DNA of 64,000 nt from Okamejei kenojei (taxonomy: Eukaryota), in the NCBI GenBank assembly GCA_035221665.1, contig CM069167.1, positions 12,214,001-12,278,000 of the forward strand, in the 5' to 3' direction. The notes under the pieces are model-generated. The model worked only from the letters and a program-made list of their open reading frames with translations. It ran no database searches and was not told where the DNA came from. Both the position numbers and the translations under genes were made by a program. Every line of letters begins with the position of its first letter. Position 1 is the stretch's first letter. This document shows positions 1 to 12,783 of the stretch, one piece after another.

Positions 1-135
1 AGTGTGATGATCTCGGAGAAACCCCACACAGGGTGATGGGGAGAACATACAAACTCTGTACAGACAGCACCTGTAGGATTAAACCTGGCTTTCAGGCGCT
101 GTAAGGCAACAGCTCTACTGCTACGCCACCGGGCC
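1..135 (-). mobile_element. tRNA-derived V-SINE-like element, partial
   Basis: Reverse complement of the head/core seen at 3625, 5375 and 55135; boundaries approximate. Confidence 0.7.
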
Positions 136-398
136 ACCACCGAGGACAGTGGCAACACGTGCATGGGAATACTACCACTTCAAGTACTTCTCCAAATCAT
201 AGACCATCTTAACGTGTAAATATGATTGACAACCCATGAAAATTATGAAGCTACTTGCGCAACAGCACTGAGCAAGTACCTTGTAGCAATTTATTAATAT
301 TTTCAATTAGGAACAGGAAAAAAAGTCTGGCTTTGCCAGTGACACCCATGGAAGAATAATGCTGAAAGAACAAAGCTCCACTTAAGATAAGCACGTAC

Positions 399-487
399 TT
401 TCCAGAACAGTTGTTCGCAATCTCATCAGCTAGTTCATCTCTTTCCTGCTGCATTTGCCGTTTTGCACGCTCGGCTGCAGCAAGTTC
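399..487 (-). CDS. MYH9: Exon 36 (89 nt) [29 protein letters not shown]
   Basis: tag|GAA...GGAAA|gtacgt. Confidence 0.96.
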
Positions 488-1254
488 CTAGATTAATTAA
501 ATGAAAAATTATTCTCGATGTTAGATAATGATACATAACTATTCATGTTACTTGCAATTACTGTGTTGAAATAAAACGGCATTCAAATAAAGCTGGAACC
601 TGCACGTTAAAGGTATATCTCTTCATGCTTCACTGTGGAATGTTTTTCCAGTTCTTCAATTCCAGAGACCACTGTGCGCTTTCACTTAAGTTGAGGTATT
701 CTTGGACTATGCCCAGTTAATATATACACCAGACATGATTTTTACAAAGGGAAGCGCAAATTATTTGCATGAATAAATGTGCCATGCAGAATGCAAAGTT
801 ACACAATCATCTGTTTTGTGAACAATCAAGTTACGTGTTCAGACGGTTTTTGCATATATCAATGTTTTTGCTAACACGACACAAACCAGCATTTTAATTT
901 TCAAAACTATGACCGTCACAATATCTTGTATATATATGACCTTGGTGTTACATTGTACCTGTTTAGGTTTAGTCCTTAATCACTCAAATCATTAATTTTA
1001 ATCTGTTAGATTTCTGACCTGCCCTATTTCAGCCTACCCGTGTCAAAACAGCCATCCATATCTGTATCTCTAGATTCAATGTATACATTATCAGCCTTTC
1101 TTATTGAACCATCTGTTAATGTACAGTTAGCCAACCCCACAGAGGTGACCCCACAAATGGCTTCAACACCCACCCATGCTTGCTAATCAAGATTTTTTGT
1201 TTAAACTTATTGCTGTTTAGAAGGATGATTGGGGGGGGGGGGGGGGGAGAGAGA

Positions 1255-1615
1255 AACCTCCTTGAATAATGAAAGGCCTGAATAGAGTGGATGCAGAGAG
1301 GATGTTTCCACAGTGAGAGAGTTTAGGGCTAGAGGTCATAGCCTCAGAATTACGGACGTTCCTTTAGGAAGGAGATGAGTAGGAATTTATTTAGTCAGAG
1401 GGCAGTGAATCTGTGGAATTCTTTGCCACAGTGGGCTTTGGAGGCCAAGTCAATGGATATTTTTTAAGGCGGAGATTGATAGATTCTTGATTAGTATAGG
1501 GTGTTCGGGGTTATGGGGAGCAGGCAGGAGAATGGGGTTAGGAGAGTGATGGATCAGCCATGATTGAATCGCGGAGTAGACTTGATGGGCCGAATTACCT
1601 AATTCTGCTCCTATC
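1255..1615 (+). mobile_element. CR1-type LINE 3' fragment
   Basis: Shared 3' sequence (gtgaatctgtggaattc...gatgggccgaat..cctaattctgctcctat) also at 2800-3075 and inverted at 43870-44200. Confidence 0.75.
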
Positions 1616-2314
1616 AATTTTGGCCCGTTTTGCAACCCATCTTGCCCACCTGCTTGCAAACCTCATCTGTACTCTCGAAAATTCAGCCTCCTTTGCGTCC
1701 CTGAATTCAACCATACCATTGGAAAACCTTGCATTCATCTACTGGAGTCCTAATGCTCAGGATTTTTTCCCAAATCCATCCACCTTCTTTCAGATGCTCC
1801 TTAAATTGTGTTTGAGCAAGGTATGCTAATCCATTTTAATATTTCAACATTAAACTGAGTGCGTTTCAAGAGATAATACTCATATGAAACAGCTTGGGGT
1901 TTTTGCTACATAAATGTTGTTTTACAAATTTTTAAAAAAATCGCTGTTAGCTTCCAAATTAGAAACTAGACTTTCATATTATTCTACCCAGGGGTCGTAA
2001 AAATACCGACATGCCTCCAAAATAAACTTTGTTTAGCACAGCGACTATTGAGCAGATTATCCTGGGGTCATTACTTGGACAAATTTACCTAGGTGCTACT
2101 CAGATATTGTTATTTGCATGTGGTTAAACAAGTTTGTGCTCACACAAACTTTATTATGCATTGCAAAATGAAGTAATTGCATTTCTGCACAAATCTTTCT
2201 TGCATTTGGAGTGTGAAGGACATCAACTAGAATATACAACTTTAATTGGTGGCAAATGGCAATTGATTATTATATTTCACAACAGGTGGAATTTGGCTTG
2301 TAAACGGGAACGTA

Positions 2315-3078
2315 CAGCTCAGTGTACAGTCATGCACGTCGGTCAAAGGAATAGACCATTTTCTAAATGGGGAGCGGAATCAGGAATGACGAGGTGTAAA
2401 GGGACTTGGAAGTGCTGGTACAGGATTGCCAAAAGTTTAACTTACAGGTTAGGCAGGTAGTAAGGAAGGCAAATGCAATGTCAGCATTCATTTCAAGAGC
2501 ACTAGAATAGAAAAGCAAGGCTTGAAGAGGCACTGGTCAGACCACATTTGGAACATTGTGAGCCCCATATCTGAGGAATGATCTGCAGGCGTGGAATGGG
2601 TCCAGAGGAGGTTTACAAGAATGACCCTGGGGAGGATTGGATTAACGTTTGATGGCTCTGGGCCTGTACTCGCTGGAGTACCAAAGGATGAGGGGCGATC
2701 TCATTGAAACTTGCCAAATAATCAAAGGAATAGATAAATGGAATGGATGTTGAGAGTATGTTTCAAAAAGTGGAGAGTCTAGGACCAGTGGGCACAGCCT
2801 CAGAATTAAACTATGTACCTTTAGAATGGAGATGATGAGGAATTTCAGCCAGAGAGTGGTGAATCTGTGCTATTCATTGCCACACAAGTGTGTGGAGGCC
2901 CAGTCATTAGGTATTTTAAAAGAGGAGATTGATAAGTTCTCGATTAAGAGGGACGTCAAAGGAGACAGGGATAAGGCAGGAGAACGGGGTTGAGGGAGGA
3001 AAAATTGATCAGCCCTGATCAAATGGCAGAGCAGACTCGATCAGCTGAATGGCTTAAATCTGCTCCCATATCTTATAA
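2315..3078 (+). mobile_element. CR1-type LINE fragment (RT C-terminus + 3'UTR)
   Basis: QCTVMHVG motif; same 3' tail as other copies; degenerate. Confidence 0.75.
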
Positions 3079-3217
3079 TTTAAATCCCCCAGTTGCTCAC
3101 GTTTGAGATCAACATCAGTGAGGAACAAAGTAAGAATCGTCTTCTGTCCCAATATCTGCTCATCGTGACTCATGGAATTCCTCAGTTACTCATTCCCCTG
3201 CTTATTTGCTGCCATAC

Positions 3218-3346
3218 CTCCTGAAAATGAATCATTTCAGCCTCGAATTGCTTCAGTTTTTTCTCAGTTTCTTTGGACTGGGTCAGGATTTCCTCTCGAG
3301 AGTTACGAGCGTCGTCCAATTCACGCTGGAAGTCTTTCAGCTGAGC
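3218..3346 (-). CDS. MYH9: Exon 35 (129 nt) [20 protein letters not shown]...IHFQE
   Basis: cag|GCT...GAG|gtatgg. Confidence 0.97.
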
Positions 3347-3624
3347 CTGTAGATGGCAAAGACAATAAAAAATGTTAAAAGATTTCACGTGCAAGACAGG
3401 CACCCAACACGGCACTAGACGTGAGTGAGTGATACTGTATTTAACCCCAGCATTCACACAGTACAATGCTCTTTGTAATTCTGCTGACAACTGGGCAACA
3501 TCTTGGTTCCTTGCATGCAAATGTTTGACAAACAAGATAGATGCCACCTGTCATCTGGGCACCACACGGAAAAGGTAGAAAAATTTAAATATCCAGTCTT
3601 TCATCTGAGCAGGACTAATGAACG

Positions 3625-3915
3625 ATGCTCAGCGGTGGAGTTGTTGCCTTAAAGCGCCAGAGATCCCGACTATGGGTGCTGTCTGTATGGAGTTTGCACG
3701 TTCTTCCCGTGATCATGTGGGTTTACCCCAGGTGCTCCGGTTTCCTCCCACACCCCAAAGACATGCAGGTTTGTAGGTCAATTTGTAGCTTCAGTAAAAC
3801 ATGGAATTTGTCCCTAGTGTTCAGGACAGTGCTAGTGTACGGCGTGATCGCCGGTAGCGGCGCAGACTCAGAGGGCTAAAGGGCCCGTTTCCGCGCTTCT
3901 CTAAACTAAACCTAA
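3625..3915 (+). mobile_element. V-SINE-like (HE1-type) SINE
   Basis: Core gtctgtatggagtttgcacgttctt...ccggtttcctcccaca; ctaaa-repeat tail. Confidence 0.8.
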
Positions 3916-4801
3916 ATGAAACTCTTGCAGTCGCAAGTGTTTCTAAAAGCAGAAATAAATAGAACATAACAATTTCAGAGTAGTTACATTTCCCAGCTGT
4001 TACAATAAATGAACTGAAGGAATGACGAGATGGACGTCTAAAACATTCTAGTTAGATTAAACATACGCATTAAAATAATCATTGTCACCGTTGGAGCTCA
4101 CCAGCACTAATAAATGGCAGGATGTCAAGAGCAATAATAATTTGCCAATTAAAGGATTCCATGTGTGAACTTTCCAAGCCTCATTATCTCTAAATATAGA
4201 CCCCCATATTTTAATTAGTAGTTCAATTAACATACATTACCAAGACATTAATTTCTTGCCATGAAACAGAAACACAGCTGGGTTTTTGCTTGATTGAAGT
4301 AAAACTTGAGTGGCACAATATATGATCACTGCGGACTATGTGTTTAAAAGGCATTCAATGCCAGGTTTGTGTACAGTCATTTTTAATAAAAGTAGCTGGG
4401 TTTTGAACTGAAGCCGATTCAAGTATCATATGCTTGGTCACCGAATCAGGGATATCAGTTTCGAATCTAATACTGCAGCATACAATTATTCATTCTAAAC
4501 GTACAAATACATTTTAATTGTGAGTTATTCAGCTAGCAAAAAGATGATTGTCAGACATGGTTATATTTTAATTGTACCTAACAATGATTTAAGCCTGCAC
4601 ATTTATGTGATTTTTACACTTATCATTAGAAAATGGTGTAAAACTGGGTGTGGTTCCATCTTAAATGAGAAACTGGTATTCATTGTTATATCTGTTAGGC
4701 AGGTGAACTTTCTTCAAGTGTTCCATAAACATCAGTGATCTGGCTTCAGGGACTGGCTTTGAGGGCCTCACCCGTTCCCCATAATAGTTGTTAGTGCTTA
4801 C

Positions 4802-4963
4802 CTGCAGTTTGCGAAGCTGCTTAATGGCTTCATCACGACCCTTGTTCGAAGCTTCAATTTGTCCCTCCAAATCCTTGAAATCCATCTCCAACTTTTTCTT
4901 GGCAGTAACAGCCATTGACCGCTGCTTACGCTCATCTTCCAGCTCTGCCTCCATTTCACGCAC
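4802..4963 (-). CDS. MYH9: Exon 34 (162 nt) [15 protein letters not shown]...QLRKLQ
   Basis: cag|GTG...CAG|gtaagc. Confidence 0.97.
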
Positions 4964-5374
4964 CTGGAACGTGGGAGCAGATTATAAAAGTTACTATTTG
5001 GATTGGATAAAATGTCACAACCAAACCAATTGGGTTTATTTCAACCCACTAAAAGTTTCTCAAAATGACTGGGGAAAAAAGACCAGTTGGTCCAACATGC
5101 GGGTCCCTTTTCTCATAAACCTCAACTATTCAGCACAACTCAGTCAGTTTTCTTTGCAGAGGATCTAATTGTGTTGTTTCAAATGCTTTCCTCAAAAAAC
5201 ATAAATGTTCCCTAATTTTTCTTCAACCATCCTAGATTTTTATATTTGATTATTCATTATAGAATAGCCTGGACAGCTTTATGGATGTTCATAAACTTGT
5301 AAACCCAATCTCCTCTCTCCATTCCTTCCTCCATAGCAAAACAATTCAACATCTCCATCCTTTGCCGATAACTT

Positions 5375-5678
5375 GGCAGCACAGCGACGCAGCGGTAGAG
5401 TTGTTGCCCGACAGCGCCAGAGGCTCGGGTTCGATCCAGACTACGGGCACTGTCTGTACGGAGTTTGTACATTCTCCCTACTACCGTTTGGGTTCTCGCC
5501 GGGTGTTCTGGTTGCCTCCCACACTCCAAAGATGTATAGGTTTGTTGGATAATTGACTTCGGTAAAAAGATTGCAAATTATCCCTAGTGTAGGATAGTGC
5601 AAGCGCATGGGGTGATCAATAGTTGGCACAGATTTGGTCGGCTGAAGGGCGTGTTTCCGCGCTGTATCTCTAAAGTCT
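5375..5678 (+). mobile_element. V-SINE-like SINE
   Basis: tRNA-like head with B-box ggttcgatcc, same core, tail ctgtatctctaaa. Confidence 0.85.
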
Positions 5679-5752
5679 AAGCTTAAATTCACAATCAAAT
5701 TCATGGCCTCTTGAATCAGCACACCCCTATAACCTTATAAAGCCACACTTGC

Positions 5753-5965
5753 CTGCTTAATTAGTTGTCTCCTCTTTTCTTCACTCATTTCATCCTTGCC
5801 CGTCAGGTCCCTATCAAATTGAGCTTTCATGGCTTGCAGATTCACTTCCAGGCGCAGCTTTGCATCTTCAGTGGCCTGGAGCTCATCCTCCAGCTCTTCC
5901 AGCTGAGTCTTCATCTCTTCCACCTGCTGCTCCAAAGCACGTTTCCCCTTCTCCAACTCATGTAC
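5753..5965 (-). CDS. MYH9: Exon 33 (213 nt) [18 protein letters not shown]...QLIKQ
   Basis: cag|GTA...CAG|gcaagt (GC donor). Confidence 0.95.
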
Positions 5966-6063
5966 CTGCAGATAAATAAATAGAATATAAACTAGAGCCA
6001 ATCTGTAACACCGGCATCTTTCAAGTATATTGAAAAATCATATCTACTGCTGAGAACAATACC

Positions 6064-6285
6064 TATGGAACGAGCTGCCGGGGGAAGTAGTTGAGGCAGG
6101 TATTGCCCAGAGTAGAGGAAATCGAGGGGCATGTATTATCACAACATTTAAGAAACATTCGGACAGGTACATGGATAAGATAGGTTTTGGGGGACATGAA
6201 CCAAACGCAGGCAGGTGGGTCGCATTTGTCGGCGTGGGCAAGATGAGCCCACGGTCCCGTTCCCACACTGTATATCTACGAATCT
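6064..6285 (+). mobile_element. CR1-type LINE 3' end
   Basis: Similar to 14340-14520 (gagctgcc...gtagttga.gcagg...gacaggtacatggataag). Confidence 0.65.
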
Positions 6286-6672
6286 AAGACTCCAAAAGAG
6301 CTCATTTATGATCAATATCCCAGCAAGGATTGAAGAAACCACATTTTTTCAATAAATGATCTAGCAGAAAACTAAAACAAATTTGTATACAAAATAATCA
6401 CCATATATTCAAAATGTTGGCAAGAACACTTTGTAGGTTGGGAAGTGAAGTAGCACAAAATCAAATGGAAACGAGCTGTCGGAATTTTTGCACTAAAACA
6501 AATGGACCCTGATAGCAGAAACAGGAGTGTTAGTGACTGGCACAGCCTTGGGAGGATGATCAAGCTTTGATAAATGAACAGCCAAAATGAATAGCGTTTT
6601 GATCTGTAGCCACAAAAACAGTAGAGAAGTGAAAAGGACAGTTGCAACCTACAGCAGGGTCTGTCTACTTAC

Positions 6673-6885
6673 ACTCTTTCCCACATCGTCCTTGGAGCTG
6701 ACGAGGTCTTCCATCTCTGCACGCAATAGCTTATTCATTTTTTCCATCTCGACCTTCTGATCCATCGCCTCCTCAAGGGCACGGGTGAGCGACAGCGTCT
6801 TGGTCTCCTTCTCGCGTGCCTCAGCCTGTGCACGATCCCGCTCCTCAGAGTTCTTTAAGGAGATGTTCTTTTCCTCAGCCAGCAG
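6673..6885 (-). CDS. MYH9: Exon 32 (213 nt) LLAEEKNIS...SSKDDVGKS
   Basis: cag|CTG...AGT|gtaagt. Confidence 0.97.
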
Positions 6886-7662
6886 CTGAAATTTAAAACA
6901 ATGACCCATTTAACATTGAAGCTCTTTCACAGAATAATTGCAGTGCTCAGACTATTCATACAACACCTTAGTGAATATTCTTGGGTTAACCCAAATATGA
7001 CACATTTCAAGTTGAGGCATTTATACATCGAGGACTGCCTGACACTGTAATGCTGCTTTCAATTTCTATTTTCCATCTTCTTTTCTGACCAATTCACATG
7101 GTAAACCCTTCATTCAATGTTATGTTTTTGTTGTATAACACAAAAGGACACAATGCAAGATCAGATCTGCATGTTTAGGGTATGTTATCAATTATGTTAA
7201 AAAATTGGCTTAGATTTCCAAAGAAAGTTGCAAAACAAAAAATATTCCAATTTATTCAATTTAAAACTGAACCATCCTATCAACAGCCCGGATTTATTTA
7301 TCTACTTCAATAGTGACCCTTGGACTATCTTTAATCAGACTTTATTGGACTATCTTGTACTGAACGTTATTTCCTTTATCATGTATCGTACACTGTGGAT
7401 GGCTCGATCGTAAACATGTATAGTCTTTCCGCTGACTGGTTAACATGCAACAAAAAGTTTTTCACTGTACCTTGGTACACGTGACAATAAACTAAACTAA
7501 TATTGGACTGAACACTCCCAATGTTTGGAATGATCTTAACATTTGAGCTTATTTTTGAATCCTCCATTTCCTCTTTCATCACTTTATGTTTGTATTGCCA
7601 AAGAGCAAACAGACGCTGGATGGGTTATAAATTAATTGATGCGCTTGGAGTCTCTCACTCAC

Positions 7663-7911
7663 CTGATCAAATTTCTTCTGTTTCTTTTCAAGATTGGAAA
7701 CAATCTGCCTTTGGTGATCCAGGCCCACAATCACATCATCCAGCTCCTGCTGCAAACGGTTCTTGGTCTTTTCCAATTTATCATAGGCTGATGTTTTCTC
7801 TTCGTAGCGCTGAGTTAGAAACTCCATGTCTTTCTGAATCTTCTTCTTGCCCTCCTCTACACTCTCCAGTGATGCACAGCCATCATCCAGCCGCTTCTTT
7901 GATTCACTCAA
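7663..7911 (-). CDS. MYH9: Exon 31 (249 nt) [10 protein letters not shown]...[11 protein letters not shown]
   Basis: cag|TTG...CAG|gtgagt. Confidence 0.97.
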
Positions 7912-8042
7912 CTGGAAATGCATCATTCAAAGGTCAATGAAAAGTCGCCTTCAATTACTTAGTCTGCATCACGAATTGCATTATTTGATACCAATTTAAG
8001 AATAATTAAATGTACAGAGTATGATCATTATAAACACATTGA

Positions 8043-8077
<35 letters not shown>

Positions 8078-8086
8078 TAAAGACAA

Positions 8087-9058
8087 GGTGGTGTGTTATT
8101 TGGAGGGGACACCAAGATGGGGTGCCAACCTAGTCTGCTGCTTCTTCCTGGATAGTGTTAACACTGAGGTCTCACATCAGCAACCTGTGTTACATGTGAA
8201 CCGCCGTCTCTCCTGGAAGGGCTGCGGGGGTCCCTGGATAGATGTAACCAAGGAGTTGCGGAGGGACGGAAGGAGATGTAATGTTCGTCCCTGTACCTCC
8301 TCCCTCAAATCTATCCAGGACCTACGCAGTCCTTCCAGGTGAGACAAACGCTCACACACAGCTTATATGGTCTATGGTATATATAGACACACTGAACTTT
8401 TATCTCCTGTTCTATATTATGTTTACATATTCTGTTGTGCTGCAGCAAGCAAGAATTTCATTGTCCTATCTGGGACACATGACAACAACACTCTCGACTC
8501 TTCTAACCTCATCTACTGCAGTCAGTGCTCCCAATGTGGCCTCCTTTACATCGGCAAGACCAAACGCAGACTAGACACGTTTCGCTGATCATTTGCACTC
8601 GGTCTGCCATGCCCTGCTGGATCGCCTGGTTGCTAACCATTTTAACTCCCCTTCCTATTCTGACCTCTCAGTCTCAGGCCATTGCTAGAGTTGAGGCCAC
8701 ACGCAAACTTGAGGAACAACATCTCATATTCCGATGCGTACCTTACCACCCAACGACGAGAACAAAGACTCCTCCAATTTTAGATAAATAATTCACAATG
8801 CGTTTTAATCCCCCTTTCTTGTGCCCCACCTGGATTTGTACTCATTTCTCCCTTTCCAACCCCCTCCCACCCTTCAACATGCATTCCTTACTGCCACATT
8901 TCATGCCTCTTCTATCTTTATCTTCCAACAATCTGCCAATGAACCCTCCCCCTCACCTGTATCAGCCTAAGACTTACCAGGCTTTGTCCCGCCCCCTCCT
9001 CCCATCCAGCTTTCTCCCACCCTATTACAAAGAGTCTGAAGAAGTGTCCAAACTGAAG
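8087..9058 (+). mobile_element. Penelope-like element remnant (GIY-YIG endonuclease), rearranged and interrupted by a Rex/Babar-like tail at about 8361-8499
   Basis: SSNLIYCSQCSQCGLLYIGKTKRRL and RKLEEQHLIF peptides; short internal inversion (8177-8280 versus 8284-8360). Confidence 0.8.
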
Positions 9059-9246
9059 ATTGAAATGAAGGAACCTTATAATGTTCAATTGCAATGATGA
9101 TTTGTGGAATCATCTTGTAGAAAAGTTGGTATATGGGCAACAACCTAACCCCCCCCCCCCCCCCCCCCACCGATACAGCAGGGGAGTTGAGGGGCTGTCA
9201 TTGTAAGGTTTCCCATAATAAAAAGGCATCAGGAAATAGTTTTTAC

Positions 9247-9399
9247 CTGTGTCTGGAGGACAGAAAATTGTTTCTCTAAATTCCTCTTTGCTTCCTCCTC
9301 CTCCTCCAATTGTTCATGAATCCGATTATACTCATCTTCAGTGTGTCTCAGTTTGGTACTAAATGATAACTTCTGGCGAGTCTCTTCTTGGAGGAGTTC
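9247..9399 (-). CDS. MYH9: Exon 30 (153 nt) [16 protein letters not shown]...VLQTQ
   Basis: cag|GAA...CAG|gtaaaa. Confidence 0.96.
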
Positions 9400-9687
9400 C
9401 TGTACAAGGGTTAAGAAGATAGAAGTGCAACTTAAGTGTGGGATAACATTAACTTGTGTTTCTGGGTATACTGGTTCCTGAAATACTCCAGTATTCAAAC
9501 CATAAAATCGAACATCAATTGGGTTTTACGATGTGCTGTTACAAACCTGTAAATCAGGCTATCTAAATACTAGTTTTTTAACAATACATTTTCAGCTTGG
9601 CTTCTATTTGCTATTTGAGCAACCACTACACTTTCCCTCTTTTTTCAAATTGAATTTCAAATAATTTTCCCCATCCTGCACCACTGT

Positions 9688-10003
9688 ATTTAGTTTAGTT
9701 TAGAGATACAGCACGGAAATGGGCCCTTCGGCCCACCGGGTCCGCGCCGACCAGCGATCCCCACACATTAACACTATCCTACACCCACTAGGGACAAATT
9801 TTGCATCTACCAAGCCAAATAACCTACAAATCAGTACGTCTTTGGAATGCGGGAGGAAACAGAAGATCTCGGAGAAAACCCACGCAGGTCACGGGGAGAA
9901 CGTACAAACTCCAAACTGACAGCGCCTGTAGTCGGGATCGAACCCGGGTCTCCAGCGCTACATTCGCTGTAAGGCAGAAAGTCTACCGCTGTGCCACCAT
10001 GAC
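9688..10003 (-). mobile_element. V-SINE-like SINE, near full length
   Basis: Closely similar reverse complement of 55135-55443; (tttag)n tail. Confidence 0.88.
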
Positions 10004-10873
10004 TACCCTTTCTGTCAACTTCAGCCAAGTAACATTGATCTCTTGTCCCTCACATTCACACCTAACATTTAACTGACAAAACAGGAGGAATTCACCTGTT
10101 TAGGTTAGCAAGCCTGTTACTCAGATCAGAACTATTATTTGAGCCTCATTAAAACTAGATTAAAGACATGGATGATAGAGTGGAGTGCAGCATCCAATTT
10201 TGAAGCCTAGTGTTGTACTAAATGGGAAAGTGAACTGTGAGGATTGTGCAGAGGGAACTAGGCAAGTTAACTGCAAGAACATTGTTAACAAATGAAGAAT
10301 AATTATAAAAACATTGGCCAAGGATTCCGAATGGAATATGAAATTTAGATAATTGACATAAGTGAAAGCAAACAGGATTGCAAACTGAATGCTGATCTTT
10401 ATTGCTAACACGTCTAACAATTTTAGTGAAACAGATCACAAAGGGCAAATCCGGTTCCTTCGATCGCTTGCCCTACAATTCATGCTAACCATACCAATCT
10501 AAGTAATTTTCTGATATTCCTTAATTCCCTTAATATTCTCCGGAAACAGGGAAGTGAGGGATAGAGGGTTAGTACAGATGAGGTACGGAGTAATAGAATA
10601 GCCATAACCTTACTGTGTGGCCAGCTACTAGTTCCATTCCTTTAGATATTTTATGAAGTATCAGAAGTGCTTTTCTGATATTTTAGAAATCAACTTTACT
10701 TGGAAACAGTGTAAAAAAATTATTCAACAAGATTTTTATTAGCATCTTATTACTTAGAAAATAATATAAAAACTTGAACAGAATTCCTCCTGTTTTGTCA
10801 GTTAAATGTTAGGTGTGAATGTGAGGGACAAGAGATGAATGTTATTTGGCTGAAGTTGACAGAAAGGGCAGTC
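10001..10873. repeat. 93-bp inverted repeat pair (10001-10093 / 10781-10873)
   Basis: Arms match with 3 mismatches by manual comparison. Confidence 0.9.
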
Positions 10874-11015
10874 TAAGCAAACATGTGCATTCCAATTGAT
10901 CATTGATCAAGTAGTTTAAGTGATGGAGCCAGTAGTTTAAAATTAGATATGTCAAGATTCATAATTTTGGGAAAAGGGACGTTACAAAACCAGATCCATT
11001 CTTTCTTTTACATAC

Positions 11016-11120
11016 CTGAGTATCCTGTAGGTGAGATTCCACTGTGCTGTAGTCTTTGGTCAGTTTAATGACCTTGCTCTCCGCTTGATTCATGAGGGTA
11101 GTAACATTTTCCAACTCACT
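11016..11120 (-). CDS. MYH9: Exon 29 (105 nt) [35 protein letters not shown]
   Basis: cag|AGT...CAG|gtatgt. Confidence 0.96.
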
Positions 11121-11569
11121 CTGCACAAAAAAAAAACCTTTCAGTTATCAGGCCTGGAGTACTTCACAGCAGGAAGTGCAAGTTAAGAATGGGTATCATA
11201 TGCCACCCCACCAAATAAAGACAATGTTCCCCCTTTTGCTGACTTCTGGACAGGCAATGCCTTTCAAACCCGAATGCCTTCATTTCTCTAAGTACAAGAG
11301 CATAATTGATAACTTGCTGCAATTGAAGCTGAAAGCATCATCCAATTTTGAAACCTAGTGATTATCTTAAAAATGCTGAGTCCTTTAAAATTATGGCACT
11401 CAGGACTAGTAAACCAAGTTCAACTTACTTAACAAAGACTAACTACAATACTTGAATAATAAATTAGTAACTACTGCTAAAGAGCCCTGACCACCGAGTT
11501 GAATCTGCACACTTGGCTACATTGTATACATCTCAATAATTAAGAGCACTGTCTAGTTTGTGCTTTTAC

Positions 11570-11776
11570 CTGAAGCTTGCCAACTCTCTCAACGAGCTCG
11601 CTTCGAGATCGGTCTCCATCTGTACATTTAACCTGCATCTCCTGCATAATGGACTCCAGTTTTTTGCGTCTGTGCTCAGAATCTGCCTTGGACTGCATCA
11701 GACTCTTCATCTCAATGCTCAGTTCATTGCGCTCACTCTCCAGGACTTGTTTGGTCTTCTCTAATCCGGATTTGAA
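11570..11776 (-). CDS. MYH9: Exon 28 (207 nt) FKSGLEKTKQVLESE...VGKLQ
   Basis: cag|TTC...CAG|gtaaaa. Confidence 0.96.
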
Positions 11777-12638
11777 CTGTGGGAAGAAAAGCAGGTTTGT
11801 TAGAACCCAGTCCATGGCAATACAAAATTAATTGCACAAATGTTAATTGACTCAGTGTTCAAGGTTTTCAGCAATGAGATTATCTACAAGTCAATCAAAT
11901 AGCATAGGAAATCTAATGCTCTGCATGGTAAACCCTTTATCATTTACTGTTCATCTATCCAACTGCTCAAAGGAATACTGTGTCGTTTTGGTCACCAAAA
12001 CGACACAGATATTTCTCCAGTTCTTCGAAGGATGTTGTCATAACTTGAATTTACAGTCACATGGAAATATGCAAGTCTTGAACTTGGAAAAAAGACAACA
12101 GACCATGAGATACCTTTCACATATTCATTATGAATATGTTAAAAATGGTAGATGCAGTAGGAATGCTTCCACTTCAAGTTCAAAAGTAATGGTCACGAAA
12201 AATAAAGTCTATAAAGGAGAAATTTCCTTAGCAAGTGGAATTTAGAAAGTGGAATTATTTGACTGAGAAAGAAGCCCAGGTATTTCAAGAAACTGGGTGC
12301 TAATGGGAAAGGGAGAAAAAAAAATGCTGACAGACAGGATAAATAGTATGCAAGGAAATGCAATTACTCCAGCACATTCAAGCCATCAAATAGTCCCAAA
12401 TGTATTGGTGTTTCCTGTTATTAGTGGATATTTAATGTTTGACTACTTACAAGGTAATAAGTGAACAATGCTTAGTAACTGGGAAAGGAGTGGGAACTGT
12501 TGGTGGGATATTTTCATTCAAGATGGTGTCAGCATGGAGGTAACGGAAGCAATGTGCAGTTTTTTGTTTTTTTTTTGTAAATCGCTTCATTACCGCGCGT
12601 GCATTAGCTTCACTTGATGCCAACAGAAACGAACGTAC

Positions 12639-12783
12639 CCGTTTTGTCTGCTCGAGTTGCTCAGACAGATCCTCCACTATCTGGGAGTGTTTCTGTCTAA
12701 TTTCTTGGATTTGCGCTTCATGGGTTTTAGCTTCATCTTCCAGAACTCTCTTCATCTGGCTCACCTCGTGCTCACGCTTGGTT
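12639..12783 (-). CDS. MYH9: Exon 27 (145 nt) [24 protein letters not shown]...EQTKR
   Basis: aag|A...CGG|gtacgt. Confidence 0.95.

Noticed and set aside
1229-1247. Long G/C homopolymers (also near 9148, 14125, 16288, 21808, 54837, 60790)
   Set aside because: Simple runs, several in or beside transposons; length is error-prone and there is no evidence of function.
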